Source of the DNA: Deltaproteobacteria bacterium TL4
Lineage (GTDB): Bacteria; SAR324; NAC60-12
Reading direction: 5' to 3'
DNA length: 55,842 bases
NCBI GenBank assembly: GCA_051382335.1
Contig: JBBCAX010000182.1
Location: forward strand, 1 to 55,842
Shown here piece after piece: positions 8,941-17,960 of this stretch. A program made the position numbers and the translations under genes. The first letter of the stretch is position 1; every line of letters begins with the position of its first letter. Below the pieces are notes generated by a model. The model did no database searches. It had not been told where the DNA came from and saw only the letters and a list, made by a program, of their open reading frames with translations.

Positions 8941-10637
8941 TGATGCTACTGAACCCTAAAAACGAAAAATTTGAGCACCTCGATGAGGCTTCCGCCAAAC
9001 TTTTGAAAAAGGTTGTTGCCTTTTTTGAGGATCGCGGAAAAGCAAAGTTGAAAGCTGACGACCATGCCGCGTTATGGTATTCAGATTTCCTTGATTTTCA
9101 AAAAAGAGAAAAATTATTTGCCACCTTCCTGACTCCTTCCAGTTATGGCAAAAACAATTCACGCTGGGATACCTATCGTAACTGTCAGCTTAACGAAATT
9201 TTAGGTTTTTATGGGTTGAGTTATTGGTATACCTGGCAGGTGACCATTTTGGGATTAGGCCCCTTATGGATGAGTAAGAATGAGGAGCTGAAAAAGAAAA
9301 CCGCCCAGTTGCTTCAGGATGGAAGTATCTTTGCGTTTGGACTGTCTGAGAAGGAACATGGTGCTGATATTTATTCGAGCAGTATGCTGCTCACTCCAGA
9401 CGGCACTGGTCAATATAAGGCCAATGGCGAAAAATATTACATTGGAAATGGCAATGAAGCCGCCTTGGTCTCAACCTTCGCCAAAATGTCCGATACCGGC
9501 GATTATGTCTTTTTCGCGGTCGAATCCCAGCATAAAAACTATGAGTGTGTGAAAAATGTGGTTCATTCACAAAATTACGTTGCGGAGTACCGCTTGAAGG
9601 ATTATCCCATTTTAGAAAAAGATATTTTACAGAAAGGCAGAGAGGCCTGGGATGCCTCGTTGAACACCATCAATGTTGGAAAGTTTAATCTCGGCTGGGC
9701 GTCGATTGGTATTTGCACACATGCTTTTTACGAAGCCTTGAACCATGCGGCTCATCGTCGGCTGTTTGACAAATATGTTACCGAGTTTGTCCATATCAAA
9801 CAATTGTTTGTGGATGCTTATACCCGGTTGGTCGCAATGAAGCTCTTTGCTTCAAGAAGCGCTGATTATATGCGTGCCGCTTCTCCTGAGGACCGTCGCT
9901 ATTTACTTTATAATCCGATGGTGAAAATGAAAGTGACCACTCAAGGAGAGGAAGTGATTAATCTGCTTTGGGATGTCATTGCCGCAAAAGGCTTTGAAGC
10001 GGATATGTACTTTGAAATGGCGGTCAAGGATATCCGGGCGCTACCCAAGTTAGAAGGAACGGTACATGTCAATATGGCACTGATTATCAAGTTTATGGCC
10101 AATTACTTTTTTAAACCCGGCAAATTCCCTGAAATCTCAAAAATGGATCAACCCGTCAATGACGATTTCCTCTTTAATCAGGGGCTGACCAAAGGCTTAA
10201 GCAAAATTAAATTCCATGCTTATAAAAAGGCTTATAACAGTAAATCCTTGCCCAATCTCAACATCTTCAAAAACCAAATCAAAACCTTGAAGCTGTTTTT
10301 GGTGGTTGCCAAACCGGACAAAAAGCAAATCGAGGATATTGATTTCCTACTCAACCTGGGGGAATTGTTTACCTTGGTGGTCTATGGACAGTTAATTATT
10401 GAAAATGCGGCAATCCTGCAAGTTGAAGATGATCTTCTGGATCAGATTTTTGATTTTATGATCCGGGACTTTTCAAAATACGCCTTGCAGCTGTACTCGA
10501 AAACCAGCAGTACCCTTGCGCAAAGAAATCTTTGTAAATACATGATCAGTAAACCCGCGACAGACATTGATCGCTATCACAGGGTTTTGGAAAAGCATGT
10601 CTATTCTTTAACAGATCAATATACCATGAATGCGTAA
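8940..10637 (+). CDS. Acyl-CoA dehydrogenase family protein
   Basis: FGLSEKEHGADIY, GEKYYIGNGN and LPKLEGTVHVN motifs; start overlaps the sixA stop. Confidence 0.9.
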   Translation: MMLLNPKNEKFEHLDEASAKLLKKVVAFFEDRGKAKLKADDHAALWYSDFLDFQKREKLFATFLTPSSYGKNNSRWDTYRNCQLNEILGFYGLSYWYTWQVTILGLGPLWMSKNEELKKKTAQLLQDGSIFAFGLSEKEHGADIYSSSMLLTPDGTGQYKANGEKYYIGNGNEAALVSTFAKMSDTGDYVFFAVESQHKNYECVKNVVHSQNYVAEYRLKDYPILEKDILQKGREAWDASLNTINVGKFNLGWASIGICTHAFYEALNHAAHRRLFDKYVTEFVHIKQLFVDAYTRLVAMKLFASRSADYMRAASPEDRRYLLYNPMVKMKVTTQGEEVINLLWDVIAAKGFEADMYFEMAVKDIRALPKLEGTVHVNMALIIKFMANYFFKPGKFPEISKMDQPVNDDFLFNQGLTKGLSKIKFHAYKKAYNSKSLPNLNIFKNQIKTLKLFLVVAKPDKKQIEDIDFLLNLGELFTLVVYGQLIIENAAILQVEDDLLDQIFDFMIRDFSKYALQLYSKTSSTLAQRNLCKYMISKPATDIDRYHRVLEKHVYSLTDQYTMNA

Positions 10638-10694
10638 CCGCTCTTAAGTCAAGAGTGACAGGGGCGTGTCAATGACTCCAGGAATGAAAGCCGT

Positions 10695-10985
10695 CTACAC
10701 TGAGGACGGCTTTCTGATTTTTTTTAACGCTTTGACGCAATTCTGTACTGAGGCCAGCCTGCCTTTTTTTCGGATGTGATCCACCATCCTCTCCAGGCGA
10801 CTGAATTTCTGTTCCAACTGTGCTTTCCCCATGTGTATTTCTTCCATCAGCATGACATGACGATCGGCCAGGTATTTGAAATAACGATCGTAACGCTCCG
10901 CATCAATTTCCTGATGCTCCAACTGCCCTTGGAGTATCTCAACTTCCTTCAAAAAATTTTGTAACGCTAACTTTTCTCGATCCAA
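10695..10985 (-). CDS. Small hypothetical coiled-coil protein
   Basis: 96-aa ORF with AAGGAGG RBS upstream of a TTG start. Confidence 0.6.
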   Translation of the reverse strand: MDREKLALQNFLKEVEILQGQLEHQEIDAERYDRYFKYLADRHVMLMEEIHMGKAQLEQKFSRLERMVDHIRKKGRLASVQNCVKALKKIRKPSSV

Positions 10986-11027
10986 TCTTTTGCCTCCTTC
11001 ATCATCATTCTATGGGTTTAGGGGCTC

Positions 11028-11281
11028 GGCTACCCCTTAAAGCGGGACATTGGTAGGCGGGGATTACATGCCCCGCTTTTCTGAGCGTTGAGTTTGCCGG
11101 GGTTGGTCATATTTTCGGCCAGGGGTAGCCTTGGGTTTCGCCCCGAGGAACAATGTGCTCGGTATCCCCTGGGACGAAACCCAGGGCTACCATCAAAATG
11201 GCCGAACTTACGACCAAGCCCAGTTTGCCGGACACGTAGTTCCGACCTACCATCGAGGTGTCCCGGATTAAACGAGTAGCC
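11028..11281. mobile_element. MITE with GGCTAC-type TIRs (outer element)
   Basis: Left GGCTACCCCTTAAAGCGGGACA; right end reverse-complements to GGCTACTCGTTTAATCCGGGACA. Flanks AGGGGCTC / AGGGACTC match 7/8 (TSD). Confidence 0.65.
11099..11221. mobile_element. 123-bp MITE with the same TIR as the window-start IS
   Basis: 22-bp TIRs at 11099-11120 and 11200-11221 (18/22 match). Perfect 8-bp TSD AGTTTGCC at 11091-11098 and 11222-11229. Internal hairpin GGTAGCCTTGGGTTTCG...CGAAACCCAGGGCTACC. Confidence 0.85.
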
Positions 11282-11440
11282 AGGGACTCCCCTTCAGAGT
11301 GCCATTAACTCCTTGATAATTAAAATAAATAATCACCAGTAACCTCCGTTGCATTCAATCAAAATAACACTGAAAAGTCAAAACAGAAACATAATAATGA
11401 GCGGATGATGAGACTTCCATCATAAAAATTAAAAAAACAT

Positions 11441-11467
11441 TAAAGAATTCATCAAGGATACCGATAA
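11441..11467 (+). promoter_or_regulatory. Sigma-28 (FliA) promoter P1
   Basis: TAAA-N15-ACCGATAA. Confidence 0.7.
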
Positions 11468-11530
11468 GAAAGATAACCGTCTGTTAGATGGGATAACAAC
11501 ATAAATACACAAAACATCAAAAAATAAGAC

Positions 11531-11557
11531 TCAAGAATATTGACAAGATGCCGATAA
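11531..11557 (+). promoter_or_regulatory. Sigma-28 (FliA) promoter P2
   Basis: TCAA-N15-GCCGATAA. Confidence 0.75.
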
Positions 11558-11625
11558 GGTAAGTAAGCGGTTGTTATTTTAGTAAACGATTATCTGGCTC
11601 TTTAGTGACCAGCTTTAAGGAATGA

Positions 11626-11728
11626 TATAGATGTCCAGAAAAGTTCTGTTTCGGGGGGAGGGCGTCCCGCCCTCCGGTGAGGGCAAGATGTCCTCGTTCC
11701 CAGGAAAAAACTTATCTGGAATACTATA
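11626..11728. mobile_element. TA-ended MITE (IS630-like) with a GC-rich REP-like core
   Basis: TATAGATGTCCAGAAAAGTT ... AACTTATCTGGAATACTATA (16/20 inverted match). Confidence 0.55.
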
Positions 11729-13064
11729 ATCGGGAACAATCGTTAGAGCGTTCTTATTTCTCAGGGGGCTTCTCAGAGGAGTTAATTTCACTTAAGGAAT
11801 GGATATGATATTGGTTTTTGAAAAAAGCAACCTTTTCCTAATTGACGTGAATACACGGAAAACAAAGAATTCATGAGGTTCTCACAGAAACGATCAGAGG
11901 GTATGCCCCTCGTCTTAAGGCAGAACTTTATCTTTGATTTCAAAGAATAACGCTGTTCTCATTGCGGCCGAGTTTGAGGTTGAACCTAATTTTGGTCTCT
12001 CTGCGACCTCCTTGTCGAGGCTTTGCCTCACGATGCAAATTTGCAAGGTTCGGCCTTGTCTGGAGAGTCAACATTTCGTAGGAATCGCTTCAATGTGAAC
12101 TGAATCGGTTTTATCTCAATGAATTGTGTCTTAACGGAACAAACATGAAGGTCGCTCTTGAGAGTCTGATTTTTCATAATTGTCCGCTTAATCCTAATCA
12201 AACAAAGGGCTTAGGATTAAGCGTAGGATTACGATTAAAAAAGTATTGCGATCATCGAACTCAAATTAAAGTAAGAGGTCTCGTTTTCATTGACGTCGGA
12301 GTGCCGTTCTTGAACACGTTACTGTCAGACACAACGTAAGGTGTCTGAATAGTCGTTGTCGCCTGGTTGGCTTTTGCGGTTAGATCCTGTTTTGAAAAAT
12401 ACACAGCTTTTTTAAGAAGCAACGACCTATTCCGCAACGCTCCCCACACAGGAATCCTGTGTAAAACGATAGGAACGATTCGAATGGACGAGAATGTGAT
12501 TAAGCCTATAAATCATGCTTGAAACACATGAAATCATTATGAATTTCGATCTTGAATGACGTATTTATGAACGCAAAGAACGAATTGATTTCAGCTCAAC
12601 GCAAGAAGATCTGGGTGAACGTTTGGATAACATAGAAAGTTTGTTTCTGCTCGAAATAAAGTAGAGTCGCCACCTTGTCATGAGGTGACGCTATTTAGAA
12701 AACAAGCAGGGGTTCCAAGAACACTGGATCTCTTTGTGGGGGCCTGCATGACGATTATGTAATAAATGTGTTTTGATGTGTTGTTGTTATTTATCTTTTC
12801 AAAGGAATAGCTTCGCGAACTTTAGCGTGTTTCGTTTCCTTAACATAAAAATATCGTAGTGTTTTAGTACGAAAAAAAGCCTTTGAAGTCAAATGTGGAT
12901 GTTTTAGGACCCCCTGATTGAAAAGACTTATGAAACTCAAGAGTTGTTTTGTGATGTTGTGTGTTTGTGTAAATCTGTAATTAAAATAATATTTAGTGGA
13001 TATTCTGTATCACGAATTGTGACGTAGAAACATCTATTCACCCCCCATGTAAGGAGGTATTGTC

Positions 13065-14675
13065 ATGGCTATGCGTGTGAATCATAATATAGCTTCGATG
13101 TCTGCTCTCAGACATCTGGACAAAACCAACAGGTCAACCCAGAAGAATTTGGCAAATCTGTCTTCAGGACTGAAGATCAATTCGGCAGCGGATCATCCTG
13201 CGGGATTAGTGATTTCAGAGCGTATGCGAGCACAGATTTCAGGTATTGATCAAGCGATCAGGAACTCCGAAACATCGATTTCGATGGTTCAGACCGCTGA
13301 AGGCGCCCTGAGCGAAGTCAGTAACATTTTGATCAATATGAGACAGCTTGCGCTTCATGCGGCGAACGAAGGGGCAAATGATCCCCAAATGCTGCAAGCG
13401 GATCAGAGTGAACTGGAAAATTTGCTTTTTTCTGTAGATCAAATTTCAAAAAACACTCAATTTGGAACTAAAAATTTACTGGATGGTACCACCGGAGCGA
13501 GTGGAATTACCGTTGGGGAAGGACTGGCTTTTGTGGAAGCTTCCACCACGACGAAACCCTCTCCAGAAAAGGGTTATGAAGTTGATATTCAACAAGTCGC
13601 GACTCAAGCTATCACCAAAGGGATTCGTCCAATCACAGTGGCAGATGTAGAGAATCAGAATGTGACCTTTGTGATTAACGAAGGCGGCAGAACGATGTCT
13701 TTGAACACAGAGGATCCCTCCGTAAGTGCCGCCTTGAAAAAAATGATTGATAACCGAAATGCCAGCCCTGATGTGTATAACGAGGATTTAACGAACAAAA
13801 ATATTCGTACGGTGATTGCTCAAAAGTTACAAGCTGGTAGCGAGGAAGCGGGGCTTGCCGTTGATGTCTATATTGATGAAGCAGGAATGTTAACCATTCG
13901 TCATCATGAATTTGGAGCAAGACCTTCTTTTAATGTGACAAGTAACATTGATGGAGTTTTGTCTCCCAAAGCCAATGTTGCGAAAATGGCCACCCCTGGA
14001 AAGAATATCGGAGGCTTTATTGGTGGAGATTTAGCCTTCGGAGAAGGACAGTTTTTAACCGGTGCGCAGGGAACTTCTACGGAAGGATTAAAAATCAAGT
14101 ATGATAAGGTACTGGGCACTCATTTTGAGGACATCATCAATCCGGAAACCGGTGAAGTCACCGGAAGGTCTGTGGAGCAAAACGACAATCAAAGCTTGGT
14201 AGGCGCGCCCGTGGACGGTTATATTCATGTGAGTCAGCAATCACTGGCCTATCAGGTGGGTCCCAATGAGGGGCAGCAAATTCGACTTTCAATCGGTAAT
14301 GTGAAATCGAACCATTTAGCAAAACAAGTGAACAATGAAAGTGGTTTTAGCAGCCTTTCGGATGTTGATTTAACCACTAATCGTGGTGCGCAAGACGGTA
14401 TTTTGCTCATTGATCGGGCGATTAGTGAAGTCTCCGGGATAAGGGCACGCTTGGGTTCTTTCCAGAAAAACGCCTTGGAAACGAATCTGAGTAGTTTGAG
14501 AGTTGCTGGAGAAAACTTAACCAATGCGGAATCTGTGGTTCGTGATGCGGATATGGCAGAAGAAATGAGCGATTTTACCAAGAATCAGATCATGCTGGCT
14601 TCTGGAACCGCAATGGCGGCACAGGCAAATCAAATTCCAAAGTCCGTCCTGCAATTGATTAGTGGCGCTCAGTAA
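13065..14675 (+). CDS. fliC: Flagellin (536 aa)
   Basis: MAMRVNHNIAS, LSSGLKINSAAD, QTAEGAL N-terminus; RDADMAEEM..FTKNQIM..AQANQ C-terminus; AAGGAGG RBS. Confidence 0.95.
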   Translation: MAMRVNHNIASMSALRHLDKTNRSTQKNLANLSSGLKINSAADHPAGLVISERMRAQISGIDQAIRNSETSISMVQTAEGALSEVSNILINMRQLALHAANEGANDPQMLQADQSELENLLFSVDQISKNTQFGTKNLLDGTTGASGITVGEGLAFVEASTTTKPSPEKGYEVDIQQVATQAITKGIRPITVADVENQNVTFVINEGGRTMSLNTEDPSVSAALKKMIDNRNASPDVYNEDLTNKNIRTVIAQKLQAGSEEAGLAVDVYIDEAGMLTIRHHEFGARPSFNVTSNIDGVLSPKANVAKMATPGKNIGGFIGGDLAFGEGQFLTGAQGTSTEGLKIKYDKVLGTHFEDIINPETGEVTGRSVEQNDNQSLVGAPVDGYIHVSQQSLAYQVGPNEGQQIRLSIGNVKSNHLAKQVNNESGFSSLSDVDLTTNRGAQDGILLIDRAISEVSGIRARLGSFQKNALETNLSSLRVAGENLTNAESVVRDADMAEEMSDFTKNQIMLASGTAMAAQANQIPKSVLQLISGAQ

Positions 14676-15141
14676 TCAATAAATCGGATACGTTAAGTAG
14701 GGGAGCCTTTTTCTCAAAGCTTGATTCTTTGGACGATTGGGAAAACTCAGCGTTATTGTGACAATAGTTAACGTATTCGGAGGTTACCTTATAGGCGGAG
14801 GCCCTTTTCTCTATAAGCTTAGGGTTTTCCGCTTAAGAGAGATACCTCGTCAAGGAAGGTACAGAAATTTTAACGTACCTTCGTAGCAATAGGGAGCCCA
14901 GTGCTCCGCTAAAAAATAAGCAGCCTGAGGTTGAGAATGACACAAGGCTTGTTCTTGGTGTAATGATTTTCACTTTAAGGCTCACCTTTGGATCTAACGA
15001 TGAGGAGATAGCGCGTCGTAATGACTCTCTTGGAATTTAGACCTTCAGGGAGGATGGCGATCGGAAAAACAGTGTGCTTCTAACCCTGGTTTTTTGACTT
15101 TGCTATAGCGGGAATAGAAATAAAAACAGAGATTTCTGAAA

Positions 15142-15169
15142 TAAGGAATAAAGGGAAAGGTTCCGATAG
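15142..15169 (+). promoter_or_regulatory. Candidate sigma-28 promoter for the second flagellin
   Basis: TAAG-N16-TCCGATAG; weaker match than P1/P2. Confidence 0.5.
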
Positions 15170-15359
15170 GGATGTCAGTCCAGTGTTCGCAAGTAAAAAC
15201 GTACTTTGTAACCAGGACAGAACCCTTGTCTTGGCTACCTGCTTAAGCCGGGACAGTAAATTTTCTTAATCTTAAGTGAGCAAAACGGGATTACGCTTAC
15301 GAAGCGCAAATAATAGCAAGAGGATCAATCAGTTCGAGGATTAAATGAGTATCCCCTTT

Positions 15360-15597
15360 GGCTACCCACTTAACACAGGGGAGGATGTGTTAGCGAGCTT
15401 GTGAGCGTAACGCCTCAGGCAGATGCGGGCTTATTGAGGCTCGGCTAACCCTACTTTGAATAGCTGTCCCGCCTTTTGTAAGAAAGTGGTAGAAGGGGAC
15501 TACGTGCCCCTCACTTTGCCGGGCATGTAATCCCGGCTTACCAATTACTTTCAGGCTTCGTTGTGAGACTTGTCTCATGGGGGTTAAGTGGATAGCC
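15360..15597. mobile_element. MITE with GGCTAC-type TIRs containing a REP pair
   Basis: GGCTACCCACTTAAC ... GTTAAGTGGATAGCC (14/15). Flanks TCCCCTTT / GCCTCTTT. REP pair at 15487-15543. Confidence 0.65.
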
Positions 15598-15916
15598 GCC
15601 TCTTTGTTAACAAATGCGGGGTTCTAAAAATCCTGATCGTTCCGAGTTTCCGGAGGGGAGCACAAAACTTTGAACAGGTTGATGTTCAACTTTTGAAAAA
15701 TTGAAGATCCATCTGTTTATTGACGGTTCTCTTGAAGTGAGGACAAAAAGGTAGAGTCGCAGCGTGTTTTACAGGTTGAGGGGTCCGTCAACAACCTGGA
15801 ATCCGCCTTAATTAACGATAAAACCACGCTCTCGGAGTGCAGGATTTTATACAAGCTATGGGTTATTTAAATACTTTTGTTTTTAATGCTCCTGTTTCAT
15901 CACGGGAGCCTTTTTC

Positions 15917-15934
15917 CAACACATGGAGGTGTTG
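15917..15934 (+). promoter_or_regulatory. CsrA/RsmA-type binding hairpin
   Basis: CAACAC-ATGGAG-GTGTTG: perfect stem with an ANGGAN loop about 66 nt before the flagellin start; a second GGA lies in the SD. Confidence 0.65.
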
Positions 15935-16000
15935 TTTTTTTTGTAGTGAATGTCTCAATCATTAATTAGCAAACATCTTATTTGATGTAGGAGGTCCATT

Positions 16001-17551
16001 ATGTCTTTTAGAATAAACCACAATATAAGCTCCATGAATACGCAGCGTATGTTGAATAACACAACACGTGCTCAAAGCAGTAGTTTGGAACGATTGTCTT
16101 CTGGTCAAAAAATCAACAAGGGTTCTGATAGTCCTGCCGCCTTGGTTATTTCAGAACGTTTACGTTCTCAAGTTTCAGGCTTAACACAAGCCATTGATAA
16201 CTCAGAAACTGATATTTCCCTGGTGCAAACCGCAGAAGGCGCACTCAACGAGGTCAGCCGAATGTTAATCAATGCACGTCAGTTATCCGTTCATGCGGCG
16301 AACGAAGGTGTAAATGATGATGTGATGCTGGCTGCAGATCAGTCTGAGATAACCAATGCGTTAGACACCGTAGATCGAATTGCCAAATTTACGCAATTTG
16401 GAAAGAAAAACCTGATTGACGGCAGTCGAGGTGCCAGTGGCGTTGCCAATGGCGAAAATTTGGAATTTGTGAGTGCCTCCACAAAAACAAAAACCTCAGG
16501 TGTTTCAGGGTATGGGGTTAATATTACGCAAGCCGCAACACGTTCAGAGCTGAATGGGACGGTTGGCTTAACTCAAGAAATCATTGATAGCGGAGAGCGC
16601 ATTACCATTTTGGAAGGTGGAAAAACCCTTCATTTTGCCACGAAAAAAGGAGAGAGCGTCGAAAGTACATTGAACGCACTTGCCGTAAAAATTGGGGAAG
16701 TAGGTTTGGATGTTGAATTGTTGCGGGATGACACAGGGTTCAAAGCCCCTGCCGTGGATTCAGCACAAATATCGTCTACACAGGATGCAAATGCTAATGT
16801 GGAAGGGGTGGAATCTGACATACCTCCGGCAGCAATGAAAGGTTTAATTCGTTTACGTCACAAAAAATATGGAAGCGAATTTTCGATTTCAGCCTCCAGT
16901 TCAACGGCAGGCATTTTATCAAAGCAAAGTAATGTAACGGTTGAAGCCAAACGCGGTTTGGATGTCGCAGGAAAAATTAATGGAGAAGAAGCGGAAGGTC
17001 GAGGTCAGACCCTGACTGGGAAATTGGGAACCAAAAATACAGAAGGCTTGTCCATTCGCTTTACTGGGGAAGTCGCGCCACCTCCCAATACAACCATTGG
17101 TGCTGTCGCGGTATTTAATAACTCCTTAAAGTTTCAAATTGGAGCGAATGCTGGACAGACCACAGAGTTTTCTATGAAAAATATGAGTTCTCGTGCTTTG
17201 GGAACAGGAATTGAAACGGAGAGCGGCTTTAAAATGCTGAGAGACATTGATGTCACTACCGCACAAGGGGCCCAAGACTCCATCCGTATTTTGGATGAAG
17301 CGTTGGTGCAAGTAGCGTCAACTCGTGGTGATTTAGGAGCCTTCCAGAAAAACAACCTGGTGAGTAACCTGAACTCCTTGAGAAATACTCATGAAAACTT
17401 AACCAACGCTGAATCTGTGATTCGTGATGCGGATATGGCTCAAGAAATGGCAGACTTTACCAAAAACCAGATTATGATGCAATCTGGTACCGCGATGTTG
17501 GCACAAGCTAACCAAGTTCCTCAGGCAGCTTTATCGTTGCTGAATCGTTAA
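16001..17551 (+). CDS. fliC: Flagellin (516 aa)
   Basis: MSFRINHNISS, LERLSSGQKIN, QTAEGALNE, IRDADMAQEMADFTKNQIM motifs; AGGAGG RBS. Confidence 0.95.
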   Translation: MSFRINHNISSMNTQRMLNNTTRAQSSSLERLSSGQKINKGSDSPAALVISERLRSQVSGLTQAIDNSETDISLVQTAEGALNEVSRMLINARQLSVHAANEGVNDDVMLAADQSEITNALDTVDRIAKFTQFGKKNLIDGSRGASGVANGENLEFVSASTKTKTSGVSGYGVNITQAATRSELNGTVGLTQEIIDSGERITILEGGKTLHFATKKGESVESTLNALAVKIGEVGLDVELLRDDTGFKAPAVDSAQISSTQDANANVEGVESDIPPAAMKGLIRLRHKKYGSEFSISASSSTAGILSKQSNVTVEAKRGLDVAGKINGEEAEGRGQTLTGKLGTKNTEGLSIRFTGEVAPPPNTTIGAVAVFNNSLKFQIGANAGQTTEFSMKNMSSRALGTGIETESGFKMLRDIDVTTAQGAQDSIRILDEALVQVASTRGDLGAFQKNNLVSNLNSLRNTHENLTNAESVIRDADMAQEMADFTKNQIMMQSGTAMLAQANQVPQAALSLLNR

Positions 17552-17617
17552 AGCGGCAATTAGTGGAATTCTCTGCTTTTTAGGGGGTGATGTTACTAAT
17601 TAATTGACGTTCCTACA

Positions 17618-17649
17618 TTCTATCGGGGTTATGGATAACCCCGATAGAA
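17618..17649. terminator. Strong hairpin after the second flagellin (terminator or 3' stabiliser)
   Basis: TTCTATCGGGGTTA-TGGA-TAACCCCGATAGAA perfect inverted repeat; no U-tract on the + strand. Confidence 0.55.
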
Positions 17650-17960
17650 AATCAGGAATAGCCGCAAAACCAGAACGGGTTTGATACGTTCATCGGGTTA
17701 ATTTTTCACTTTTGAAACGTAAGGTAGGGTGCCGCTTAAGCGAAGCGAGCGCACAAAAAAATGAAGATTTCACCTACTCTGAGTAGAATTCATAGTTGGG
17801 ACGTTAGCATACGAACCTCTAGCTCATAAAACAACAACAGGAACTGCGTCGAAAATGATAATAAACTTGTATCCGCAGGGAGTTGGGTTATTAATGAAGA
17901 CTGAGTGTAACCAGGATTATCGTTGTAATCATAGCAATAGGCTACGAAGTTTAAACGTGC

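Noticed and set aside
11088..11279. 63-aa ORF
   Set aside because: Lies wholly within nested MITE/REP sequence.
12124..12449. Short ORFs on both strands in the flagellin upstream region
   Set aside because: Non-ATG starts, no clear RBS, no motifs, and they overlap hairpins; a leader peptide cannot be fully excluded.
11560..13064. c-di-GMP riboswitch or group I/II intron
   Set aside because: No GEMM GAAA/GCAAA P1-P2 arrangement or group II domain V recognised by eye; an Rfam scan is needed to be sure.
15390..15578. 62-aa minus-strand ORF
   Set aside because: Inside a MITE/REP.
17720..17960. Lysine riboswitch upstream of the KamA-family gene
   Set aside because: The GTAGGGTGC start looks like a REP half-site, and the other L-box conserved elements are not evident.
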